Below are positions 54,311-62,490 of a stretch of DNA of 64,000 bases, piece by piece. Every line of letters begins with the position of its first letter. Position 1 is the first letter of the stretch. The position numbers and the translations under genes are program-made. Under the pieces are notes generated by a model that ran no database searches, was not told the origin of the DNA, and saw only the letters and a list, made by a program, of their open reading frames with translations. The stretch lies in the IMG/VR virus record IMGVR_UViG_3300045988_160639; one strand, written 5' to 3'. The DNA comes from a virus.

Positions 54311-55365
54311 ACTATACCACCTGCTTCCATAGTGCCAGTTTCCACAAGTTGATTTACAGCCTTGGTAAAATCACGTCTAATATCATCAAACTTGGTTACA
54401 AGGTTCTTCTTACTCTTACAATGTCTGCGTGTCATCAGAGCCTTCCAACTTCTATCGGAACGCATAACCTTATAAACTCTTCTATATGTATAGGCGTTGT
54501 TTACAGATGTGTCGTGATACAGATCAACAAGTGGTTTTATAATTTCTTCTACTGTAAGAGTAGAATAGTCTATGATTGAATTTGTCGTGTTAATGTTATT
54601 ATTTACTTCTGATTTTACAATCGAAGTATCTGAGGTAGTAGTATTCATTTCCAAGAGTTTATTAGCACTATCCATAAACATTCTTATATACTCATCAACA
54701 TCTGCCACAGCATCAATAGTTGAAACACTATCTACCTTATACTTATTACAAAATCTATTCATAGCATAAGACTGATTGAAACCTCTCAGAACCATATCAT
54801 CATAAATTACTTTATATGTATCAGCTATCGGCAGACCAAGAATATTAGATATTGTTTTTATAAGAGGTGTTGCAATGCTGTTCTTCCACAGGTAATAATT
54901 GCACTGTGTGGGAGTAACTAAAGATTTTATCTCCGCAACCTCCTGTCTGAGACTGGTTATCTCAGCAAATAACTCTGCGTTATTATTTGTAACACCATAA
55001 CCACCAGTTTTACGAATAGAGGGAAGAATTTCAGATGTTACCCAGTGTTTAAATTCTTTAGCTCTTGGAAGTTTGCTTGACAAGATAAGACTATAAAGAC
55101 CTGACTCATTGATAATGATGGTTTCCTTATCCTGATTACCATCAAAGATCATAACCTTATGTCTGTCCTCTTCATCTACATGACGGTTAATATCTCGACT
55201 ACCGTTTTGGTACCCGAGCTTGTTAGCCACGTCCTTCCCCACAAACCAAGGTTCTTCATCAATCATCATTGTTCTAATCTGACCAAAATTGGGGTTATTG
55301 AATAATACTATTTCTGTAGTATTTGAGCCTGCTGTATTTACTGTTACTACTGAATTTTCAGTCAT
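54307..55365 (-). CDS. BRO-N domain antirepressor-like protein
   Basis: 'FNNPNFGQIRTMMIDEEPWFVGKDVANKLGY...INESGLYSLILSSKLPRAKEFKHWVTSEILPSIRKTGGY'. The start is set at the ATG at 55365, after AAGGAGA. Confidence 0.8.
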   Translation of the reverse strand: MTENSVVTVNTAGSNTTEIVLFNNPNFGQIRTMMIDEEPWFVGKDVANKLGYQNGSRDINRHVDEEDRHKVMIFDGNQDKETIIINESGLYSLILSSKLPRAKEFKHWVTSEILPSIRKTGGYGVTNNNAELFAEITSLRQEVAEIKSLVTPTQCNYYLWKNSIATPLIKTISNILGLPIADTYKVIYDDMVLRGFNQSYAMNRFCNKYKVDSVSTIDAVADVDEYIRMFMDSANKLLEMNTTTSDTSIVKSEVNNNINTTNSIIDYSTLTVEEIIKPLVDLYHDTSVNNAYTYRRVYKVMRSDRSWKALMTRRHCKSKKNLVTKFDDIRRDFTKAVNQLVETGTMEAGGIV

Positions 55366-55629
55366 TTTTATTATCTCCTTTTTCACATTACATATAGTAT
55401 CGCCACTTAACTCATTACATCTCACTCAGAACCACATCGTCCATATCCTCTGAGCCAAGCCCCGTTTCAATAAATATGTTTCGAGCTGTCAGCAGAATAT
55501 AAGCATATAATTCTGAACTAATCTGAACTGATTTCAGCCACTTTAACTTTAATAGTATAATTTCACTTATAAAGGCGCAAAGTATCTGTATCGTGTGCAG
55601 AGTTGAGTATTTTAGTATCGAGTATCGTA

Positions 55630-55950
55630 TTAATAATTTTCTATTTTAGATAGAATTTCATCAAGCCTATTATTGATGTTATTCATATAACCAACAATAT
55701 CATCAATAGTGTCAAGACTACCATCGGACACCTTTTCTCTGATCATAATCTTACGACAACCTCTGATAAGAGCTTCAATAGAAGAATAGTAACCAATAAT
55801 ATCCTCATAGTCTATTATCTCACCAGTAGGCTTCCTTGTTTTACGGTCAATCTTTTCACGCTTACCACACTCTATAAGAATATACTGATCTGAATCAGCC
55901 GTAAAATAGAAATTATCTGTAATTTTAATTTTATTTGCCATTTTTAACAT
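55630..55950 (-). CDS. Hypothetical protein
   Basis: 106-aa ORF with an AAGGAGA Shine-Dalgarno and a sigma-A-type promoter upstream. Confidence 0.45.
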   Translation of the reverse strand: MLKMANKIKITDNFYFTADSDQYILIECGKREKIDRKTRKPTGEIIDYEDIIGYYSSIEALIRGCRKIMIREKVSDGSLDTIDDIVGYMNNINNRLDEILSKIENY

Positions 55951-56000
55951 CTCCTTTAATATGTGTATTTTAATTTTGAGCCTTCTCTGCTCCTAAGTAT

Positions 56001-56029
56001 AGTATATACTGAAAATTTTAGTCTGTCAA
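56001..56029 (-). promoter_or_regulatory. Sigma-A-type promoter upstream of 55630-55950
   Basis: On the minus strand: TTGACA (56029-56024), 17 nt, TATACT (56006-56001). Confidence 0.55.
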
Positions 56030-56062
56030 GTAATTTTCACAATAAATCTTATTATTTGCTTA

Positions 56063-56260
56063 TTATTTAGCAGGAGCAATTACAGAGGCAAACTCTTCAA
56101 CTCCGTATCTCTGTTTAAGTTCTTCCAGCAAAGCCTTAATGTTATTCTCAGCTTGGTCATTGGGAAGTACATATATATTAGGGACATTCCTTGGTTCACC
56201 GTCTATGTAACAACTGCCTGTAGTATATTTGATGAATAGGTTATTCAGCACTTTTATCAT
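56063..56260 (-). CDS. Small hypothetical protein
   Basis: 65-aa ORF whose start overlaps the end of 56241-57446. Confidence 0.4.
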   Translation of the reverse strand: MIKVLNNLFIKYTTGSCYIDGEPRNVPNIYVLPNDQAENNIKALLEELKQRYGVEEFASVIAPAK

Positions 56261-57446
56261 CGTTCTTCTTAGGGTTTACCTCTAATTCCTCAAAACGAAT
56301 ATTCAAAAGATAATCAGTTAATGCTATTTGAATCTCCACGTAATCAGACTTATACATAAATGGTTCTCTCTCAAAAGGATTATATTTACCCCATTCACCG
56401 TTTTCTTCTGCTTCAGCCTTATCACACTCATATTCAAAGAACCTTGCCTCAGCTTCTTTATATTTCTTTTCTGCCTGTGTATTAAGACATTTAATTATCT
56501 CTTCATTGAGCCGAGTTCTTTTGTCTTCAATAGAAAGCTTTTTTATCTCTTCTTCTTTAAGTGGTATTTGTTTAGCAATATCATCAATGTAAACAACTCT
56601 GAGCTGGGGATAACACTTTTCCCACCCATACTCTTCCTTGACATATTTATTAAACTTTTCATAAAAATCGTCACATTTATAACGGAGCATTATCTCTGTC
56701 ATATTATCATATCCCATTTCCTTGATGATTTTATTTTTTGCTTCAAGTATTATCTTATCTTCATAAGCATTTGACTCTCTATAATTAAGATACTGAGAAT
56801 CTTCATCATCGTCATACTCAGCTATAATATTGACTTTCTTATAATCAATAAGGAATCTATTTTTCATACTCCTAAGAGCTGAATAAAGTATCCTGTTGAG
56901 TTTCTGTTCTGCTCTGAAATAAAAGTTGTTTATATCAAAATTAGAAATCTTGGGACTATTTGTAAAAGCAAATTTATCCTCATTATTCATAATAGTCTGT
57001 CTTAATATCTCATTTGCCTTAGCAGAACCCATTCTGTTTCTAATATCATAACGGTCATTAGTCATACCGAGAATACGATACATTTCTTTGTTACCTAATG
57101 TTACTTTATAATCAACCTGTTTTGAAAGAAACTCTAAAAGCAGCAACTCTATGTACTTTACATAAAGACCTTCTCTGCGTTTACGAGCATCATCGGTAGG
57201 AAATGGTTCATCGTATATCTCATCAATAAAAAATTTCTGTCCTTCCTTATGAAACTCAAAATATCTTTTCCAACGATTAACCTGTGCTTTTTTTGAATTT
57301 CCTGTACACTCTTCTTCTCCAATGAGTTGACACATAATTTTATAATTCTTTATAGTATTATCTTCTTTTTCTTCTACATTGTTTTTTATATATTCTTTGA
57401 ATTTAGTAATATCCAAAGTATTCTTATTATAATCTGTATATACCAT
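56241..57446 (-). CDS. Hypothetical early protein (first gene of the leftward array)
   Basis: 401-aa ORF with a GTGAGGTAG Shine-Dalgarno. No motif recognised. Confidence 0.5.
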   Translation of the reverse strand: MVYTDYNKNTLDITKFKEYIKNNVEEKEDNTIKNYKIMCQLIGEEECTGNSKKAQVNRWKRYFEFHKEGQKFFIDEIYDEPFPTDDARKRREGLYVKYIELLLLEFLSKQVDYKVTLGNKEMYRILGMTNDRYDIRNRMGSAKANEILRQTIMNNEDKFAFTNSPKISNFDINNFYFRAEQKLNRILYSALRSMKNRFLIDYKKVNIIAEYDDDEDSQYLNYRESNAYEDKIILEAKNKIIKEMGYDNMTEIMLRYKCDDFYEKFNKYVKEEYGWEKCYPQLRVVYIDDIAKQIPLKEEEIKKLSIEDKRTRLNEEIIKCLNTQAEKKYKEAEARFFEYECDKAEAEENGEWGKYNPFEREPFMYKSDYVEIQIALTDYLLNIRFEELEVNPKKNDDKSAE

Positions 57447-57533
57447 TTTATATCTACCTCACTTTTGTCTGTTAAATTTGTACAAACCCGTTAATCCATA
57501 CTTAACTTATTACTTCGTGAAACTTATAAGTAT

Positions 57534-57601
57534 AAAAATTGTCCAATTATATGTTTTATATATACTATAATATACTATTATCTTAAATTTGGACAATTTT
57601 T
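57534..57601. repeat. 13-bp perfect inverted repeat upstream of the leftward array
   Basis: AAAAATTGTCCAA (57534-57546) and TTGGACAATTTTT (57589-57601), separated by 42 A/T-rich bp. Confidence 0.7.
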
Positions 57602-57665
57602 ATTATTCGTTTTTATCATCTCCTTTATTATTAGTAAAAGTTATAATTCGCCCTTTTTTCTTTTG

Positions 57666-57779
57666 CTACTTTTCTTTTTTGGGCGATAGTCGGCTATTTC
57701 ACATAGTTTTATGAGGCTTTGCGTAGCAAAGACCATAAAACGTGAAATGGACGAGTTTGTCAGCAAAAAAGAAAAGTAG
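57666..57779. repeat. ~114-nt imperfect long hairpin
   Basis: Outer arms CTACTTTTCTTTTTTG (57666-57681) and CAAAAAAGAAAAGTAG (57764-57779) are perfect. Inner arms CTATTTCAC/GTGAAATGG and GTTTTATGAGGCTTTGC/GCAAAGACCATAAAAC are near-perfect. The centre is at about 57722. Confidence 0.7.
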
Positions 57780-58022
57780 ATTTTCAAATCTTATTACTTA
57801 CTTATAATATATCCACAATACTATTATATCATATTTCATAAAAATGTCAAGCGCTTTTTTGTTTGATTGAATTTTATCTTTTACTTAAATATCTTAAATA
57901 TGATGCGTACAATGACCTGTAGCTTATAAAAGTTTATAAATTTTTCATAAAAACACAAGAAAACAATCTGTAATTTTTATAACCTTCGATTTATTTCTAT
58001 GAATTTATGATGTTTACTTGAT

Positions 58023-58470
58023 TTGAGATACTTCTGATATATTAAATATAGGTTTGATCTTTGATACTTTTGATTGATTTTTATAGTATTCGGAGAAAAT
58101 TTAGAATTTATCGGTGTTTGAGCGATTTAGATTTTGTGTTAATTTTTGAAGTGTTTGACATGTGATTTGAAGTGAATAGGTTGTATTTTGGGTTTAGAGT
58201 TGAGTGCAAATGAAGTATTGTGTATTATTCTTGAGATACTTGTATTAGGCTCTGTGATTAGATTTGAGAGGCATTTGTGTGGGTAGGATAATTTGTTGTT
58301 TGAAATGGTAAAGTGAGTGTAGAGTGTTCTGTGGTTTGTCTGAGAGTGCAGTGTGAGTATGGATTTTGAGTTCTTGAGATAGATATGTTTTGAGGTTGTT
58401 ATTGTTGGTCTGTAAGTGAGATAAATAGGGGAGTCAGCCGAAGAATAGTATCGAATGATTTTTGAGATAT
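58023..58470 (+). repeat. Dispersed TTGAGATA iteron-like repeats (4 copies)
   Basis: TTGAGATAC at 58023-58031 and 58231-58239, TTGAGATAG at 58374-58382, TTGAGATAT at 58462-58470. The first two share the 12-mer TTGAGATACTT. Confidence 0.55.
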
Positions 58471-58560
58471 TTTTGGAATATTTTTTTGGATTATGAGAAT
58501 GGATCATGAGAAAAAGAAATTATGGATGAGTGTCAATTTGGATTTTTAGACGTGTGAGTT
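58141..58560. other. C-depleted (G/T/A) block
   Basis: A hand count over 58141-58560 (420 nt) gives 122 G versus 19 C on the plus strand. Confidence 0.8.
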
Positions 58561-58779
58561 GAGTGGAACTACTATACTCTTCTAAGCAAATATTAACAAA
58601 CTTTTAAATGTAAACACACCCCCCCTGTACTGCCGATTCTATGTTATTTTTGTCCCAAAAGCAACATAGACAGTAATATTTTAGAAATATTTCTACTAAC
58701 ATTTCTTAATGAATTTTAAAGCTAATTTTATTAACATTTCTTGAATTTTTTATATAAATATTGTTGCCGGTAGCATTGA

Positions 58780-58829
58780 AAATAATGACTAACGGTCACT
58801 TTTTCAAATAATGACTAATGGTTACTTTT
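58780..58829 (+). repeat. Tandem ~26-bp direct repeat
   Basis: AAATAATGACTAACGGTCACTTTTT (58780-58804) and AAATAATGACTAATGGTTACTTTT (58806-58829). Confidence 0.7.
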
Positions 58830-58953
58830 AGTGGTTCGCTAACGTTGTTAATTTATTTAACACTGTTAAATAATTAAAACCAAATTAAAGCATAATAAAG
58901 AAAACAAGAGAAAATAAGAGAAAACAAAAGCTTACAAGAGATATTTTAAAAAA

Positions 58954-58990
58954 TACATCATAATACATCATAATATATCATAATACATAA
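58954..58990 (+). repeat. 10-bp tandem repeat (3.5 copies)
   Basis: TACATCATAA TACATCATAA TATATCATAA TACATAA. Confidence 0.7.
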
Positions 58991-59340
58991 GCCTATTTCT
59001 CTAATCGCCAATCCATAACAGCATTAAACTATACCACATTACTATAAATTACACCACATAACCATATATAACCACACCTAAACAGTACATAAATAACCAT
59101 CTTCAAATCTGCTCTGCTCTTCAGGTAAGCTCAACCTCTTCCGCTCAGGCACTTTCATATTTTGCAAAATAGCCAAATTTCACGTCCCAAAACTATGCAA
59201 TGTCACAACATAAATATATCTAACAAATCACATAATTATTACTAAATTATAAACGTCAATTATTGATTATCAATAACAAAATATCAATTCGCAATAAAAT
59301 TATATCAAATAACAATAAATCACGCACACGCCATTTTAAC
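58981..59340. other. G-depleted (A/C/T) block, compositional mirror of 58141-58560
   Basis: A hand count over 58981-59340 (360 nt) gives 87 C versus 22 G on the plus strand. Confidence 0.8.
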
Positions 59341-59565
59341 GCACCTGTTAGGGTAATTATACCACTATAAACAAAACGTCATACAGCGCATTGTAGCAGC
59401 ATTTACGACGATTTTATCCGCTTCCAGTCTGATTATACAATATGCACAATACACTGCCGTTATATTTATATATTATACCTATTGACATTTCAATATTGCA
59501 CGTTCTAATTGCATTTGGCTATTAGCTCCGACGCTTATACAAATACTTTATTGCGTTAAAATATA

Positions 59566-59748
59566 TCAATTAAGTATATTATTATCAATACAGTATGTTA
59601 TCATCGTTTCAATAGCTTCTTTTTTTGTAATATCATTTTGTTTACAGTAGTTAATAAATAATTCATATATTTCATTACTTATTGTAATGTTTAATTGTTT
59701 GTTTTTATTATAATAATTTGTTAATGCTTTTTTCACACTTTCTTTCAT
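59566..59748 (-). CDS. Ribbon-helix-helix-like regulator
   Basis: 60 aa from the ATG at 59748 (GAGGGGG upstream). 'QLNITISNEIYELFINYCKQNDITKKEAIETMITY' fits a strand plus two-helix pattern. Adjacent to an operator array. Confidence 0.5.
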   Translation of the reverse strand: MKESVKKALTNYYNKNKQLNITISNEIYELFINYCKQNDITKKEAIETMITYCIDNNILN

Positions 59749-59776
59749 ATCTAAATCAGCCCCCCTCAATTATAAT

Positions 59777-59945
59777 ATTTGTGCATTATTATATGCTATT
59801 TTTCAAAATTTGTGATTGTATTTCCTCAATTTGTGCAATATCACAACAAATATACACTATATACAGTATATTCAACTATTTATACGCTGTTTAATACTCA
59901 TATTTCATTGTCATTTTGCACAAATTCCGTTATATTGCACAAATT
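59777..59945. promoter_or_regulatory. Operator array of TTGCACAAATT motifs
   Basis: TTGCACAAATT at 59916-59926 and 59935-59945. Inverted AATTTGTGCAA at 59828-59838. Partial copies ATTTGTGCA at 59777-59785 and AATTTGTGA at 59808-59816. Confidence 0.6.
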
Positions 59946-59952
59946 GACTCGC

Positions 59953-59981
59953 TTTACATATTGCTAGGTATATGTTATAAT
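59953..59981 (+). promoter_or_regulatory. Extended -10 sigma-A-type promoter facing the rightward operon
   Basis: TTTACA (59953-59958), 17 nt, TGtTATAAT (TG at 59973-59974, TATAAT at 59976-59981). It lies immediately downstream of the operator at 59935-59945. Confidence 0.55.
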
Positions 59982-60076
59982 ATAATCAAGATAAGGGAAG
60001 GGAAAACAAAAGAAAACAAAATTCCCAACCTAAATAATATCATAAACCAACAAAAATGTCAAGCATATTTTTCAAC

Positions 60077-60105
60077 TTGACAAAATCGAAAGGAAGTTAT
60101 AAAAT
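60077..60105 (+). promoter_or_regulatory. Second sigma-A-type promoter of the rightward operon
   Basis: TTGACA (60077-60082), 17 nt, TAAAAT (60100-60105). This leaves a leader of about 220 nt before the ATG at 60334. Confidence 0.5.
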
Positions 60106-60333
60106 GACTACAATAAAAGCAACGTTCATTCAAGTGCTCTGTTTTAGGCTTTCCGAATTTTTCAGAAGGTCGCACAAAAAGCAGGTTACAAGAGCCTGCA
60201 CAATGGAATCAATTTAAAAGTAACGGCTTCAACGGCTGAACCAATAAATCAGCCGTCAATATCACGACAAAAAGGTAAATCCCTTCAAGCCGTGCCAAAG
60301 ATAAGCAAATAATAATTATGGAGGTTAAAACAT

Positions 60334-60708
60334 ATGAAAAGTTATATGGAAATAATGCAGACTCTTAAAAGTCAAAAAGCCCATTCAGCTTGGGAAAAGG
60401 GAGTAATAAACACAGCTATTGACCTTCTTGAAAACATTTCAGATTATGAAGTCAATGAAATTTCCAATTCTTCACTTCTTAAAAAGGCACTTTTGAACGG
60501 TGCTTCAAATTGGAGTGAATACAGTTGGGGAGGCTGTTATTTAATTTACAATAGCGATATTGCTGAAATGTTCTGTACACCTTCAGAGTTGAAGAAAACA
60601 CATAACGGTGAACGCAAGCCAAATAAAAATGAAGAATGGCTTGACGTTCAGGCAAGAGCATTAAATCAAGCTGCAAAAATGATTATAACAATAGCTTTTG
60701 AAGGATAA
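60334..60708 (+). CDS. Hypothetical early protein
   Basis: 124 aa. GGAGG Shine-Dalgarno. Contains 'NGASNWSEYSWGGCYLIYNSDIAEMFCTPSE'. Confidence 0.55.
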   Translation: MKSYMEIMQTLKSQKAHSAWEKGVINTAIDLLENISDYEVNEISNSSLLKKALLNGASNWSEYSWGGCYLIYNSDIAEMFCTPSELKKTHNGERKPNKNEEWLDVQARALNQAAKMIITIAFEG

Positions 60709-60710
60709 AC

Positions 60711-60775
60711 ATTTTTCAAGCTGTCAAACACAAGTAAATAATAAAATCTGTTTGACAGTTTCATAAAGTGCTTTA
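60711..60775 (+). promoter_or_regulatory. Conserved post-gene stem-loop element, copy 1
   Basis: ATTTTTCAAGCTG, then the stem AAGCTGTCAAACA / TGTTTGACAGTTT, then TCATAAAGTGCTT. It starts 3 nt after the stop codon. Confidence 0.55.
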
Positions 60776-61028
60776 TCTGCACAAATTAAAAAAATTTTGG
60801 GAGGTTAAAACAATTTTGAATTTGGTGCGTATGCGGTAGCAGAACATTAAACACGTCAGGGCGTGTATAAAAAGGCATTTAGGCTCTGAGCGTTTACGGG
60901 GATTTTTCCCCGTAAGGTATGCACAATAAGCATAACAGCACGGTTAAACGGCTGTAAGCCGTTAGTCTCTCGCAATAGTGGGAGACAGCTAAATAAATAA
61001 AACGTGTATTTGATAGGAGGGTTTTAAA

Positions 61029-61322
61029 ATGGATATAACCGTAAAATATAACCGCAAAAATTTTTTCAACTTAGAAGATTATACAGAGGATATAAAGAAA
61101 AATGCAGATTTTAATGATCTGAAAAAAGCGTTTTCAGCACTTAAAAAAGACCGTAATTTTGCAATTCAGATTGATAATTACTGCCTAATCTGGGATACAA
61201 TAGCAGACTTTGAACACGGTTCATTGACTTGCTATGAATACGAAGCTGCCAACAGTCGTAAAGAATATTTGTGGAGTTTTGAGAGCTGTAAAAAGCACTT
61301 TTATTCAATGTTTAAAGATTAA
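61029..61322 (+). CDS. Hypothetical early protein
   Basis: 97 aa. AGGAGGG Shine-Dalgarno. Confidence 0.5.
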   Translation: MDITVKYNRKNFFNLEDYTEDIKKNADFNDLKKAFSALKKDRNFAIQIDNYCLIWDTIADFEHGSLTCYEYEAANSRKEYLWSFESCKKHFYSMFKD

Positions 61323-61428
61323 TTGCAGAGCATTGCAGGCGGTGCAATTCCGCTTGTAATAATGCAGCTTAACGGAAACGTTAAAAGGTTGCAAGCCCTT
61401 AAAAATTGAATTGATGGAGGTTTTAAAT

Positions 61429-61710
61429 ATGGGAAATGTGGAAAAAGTAACATATAAAGAATTTTATTGCAGATTAATACCTGTGTTGATATGGGATGAA
61501 CAATTACAAACAGCAAAATCAAAAACCGCTGTTGATTTTTGCAGAATTAAGATAAATAATTCATTGGAGGAAAATAATATTGTAAATTTGCGCACAATGA
61601 ACGGGAAATATTTTCCCCAAAAATTAACGGAGATTATGAAGAAAGTCTATTGTAACGAAGAGTGTTGGGAAACACTTGAAACTATTGCTAAAAAATATAA
61701 TATTGATTAA
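61429..61710 (+). CDS. Hypothetical early protein
   Basis: The start is set at the ATG at 61429, after GGAGG. The ORF-track frame is 61411-61710. Confidence 0.5.
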   Translation: MGNVEKVTYKEFYCRLIPVLIWDEQLQTAKSKTAVDFCRIKINNSLEENNIVNLRTMNGKYFPQKLTEIMKKVYCNEECWETLETIAKKYNID

Positions 61711-61726
61711 TATTATATTTTCAAAT

Positions 61727-61785
61727 GTTTTTCAAGCTGCTGAAAGCTAAAGAGCGGATAATTTCAGCAGCTTCATAAAGCACTT
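61727..61785 (+). promoter_or_regulatory. Conserved post-gene stem-loop element, copy 2
   Basis: GTTTTTCAAGCTG, then a perfect 12-bp stem AAGCTGCTGAAA / TTTCAGCAGCTT (61734-61745 / 61762-61773), then TCATAAAGCACTT. The flanks match copy 1, while the stem interior differs but still pairs. Confidence 0.55.
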
Positions 61786-61978
61786 GAACTATATAACAGC
61801 ATATAGCAATGCAGAAATTGAATTTATACCCAAACGCATTATATGGTAATTCAACCATATTAATATCAGCGTGAAGAATAACCGCTTCCGCTGGAATATC
61901 TCCCGATCATCTGCATGAGGGTATGAGGGAGAGCCAAACGCCACAAGCGGAATAATACATATTATGGAGGTTTAAGCT

Positions 61979-62476
61979 ATGGATAATAACATTTTATCGG
62001 TATTTAAAACAAACGTGCAAACACACGCTGAGGAAATCAGAACGGCGCAAAAAGCCTATATCACAGCAAAAGCAGCCGAGGAAGCTATAAAGGGAATTGC
62101 TGAGGATATACAGCGGAAAATTCTTGCTGAAAATGTTTACATTATATCACCTGAATTTCAGAACAAAAGGGGTATTGGTGAACGTGTCACAGAACCTAAA
62201 CACACGTATTTAATGGACGAAGAAATATTCATCAATGACTTTCTTGAAAAGTGCTATGCAGAATATCAGAAGGCAGGGATAGCAGACAGCCGAGGAAAAG
62301 AGTATGTTCCTGAAGCCGTTGCAAGAGACACAAGACTTGAAGCGGAAAAAGCATTGATACAGCTTGCTGTTAACATACTGCCTGACATTCCCGAAAAGGA
62401 AACGTTAAAGAAAGCAACAACACATTGGAAATACAGAGACCAAATTCTTGATTTAATTTTGAGACTTGATGCTTGA
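61979..62476 (+). CDS. Hypothetical early protein
   Basis: 165 aa. GGAGG Shine-Dalgarno. Helical composition. Confidence 0.5.
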   Translation: MDNNILSVFKTNVQTHAEEIRTAQKAYITAKAAEEAIKGIAEDIQRKILAENVYIISPEFQNKRGIGERVTEPKHTYLMDEEIFINDFLEKCYAEYQKAGIADSRGKEYVPEAVARDTRLEAEKALIQLAVNILPDIPEKETLKKATTHWKYRDQILDLILRLDA

Positions 62477-62490
62477 GGAGGATTAAATAA

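Noticed and set aside
58139-58507. 122-aa minus-strand ORF in the non-coding hub
   Set aside because: It lies entirely in the C-depleted block, so its mRNA would be almost G-free. The 'protein' has virtually no Gly, Val, Asp, Glu or Ala. There is no Shine-Dalgarno. It is an artefact of composition.
58780-58990. CRISPR-like array
   Set aside because: There are only two 26-bp units without spacers and a 10-bp microsatellite. No repeat-spacer periodicity and no cas genes.
60113-60226. 37-aa ORF (MTTIKATFIQVLCFRLSEFFRRSHKKQVTRACTMESI) in the leader of the rightward operon
   Set aside because: Its ATG overlaps the predicted -10 box, so it would lie upstream of or at the transcript 5' end. The sequence is more plausibly structured leader RNA.
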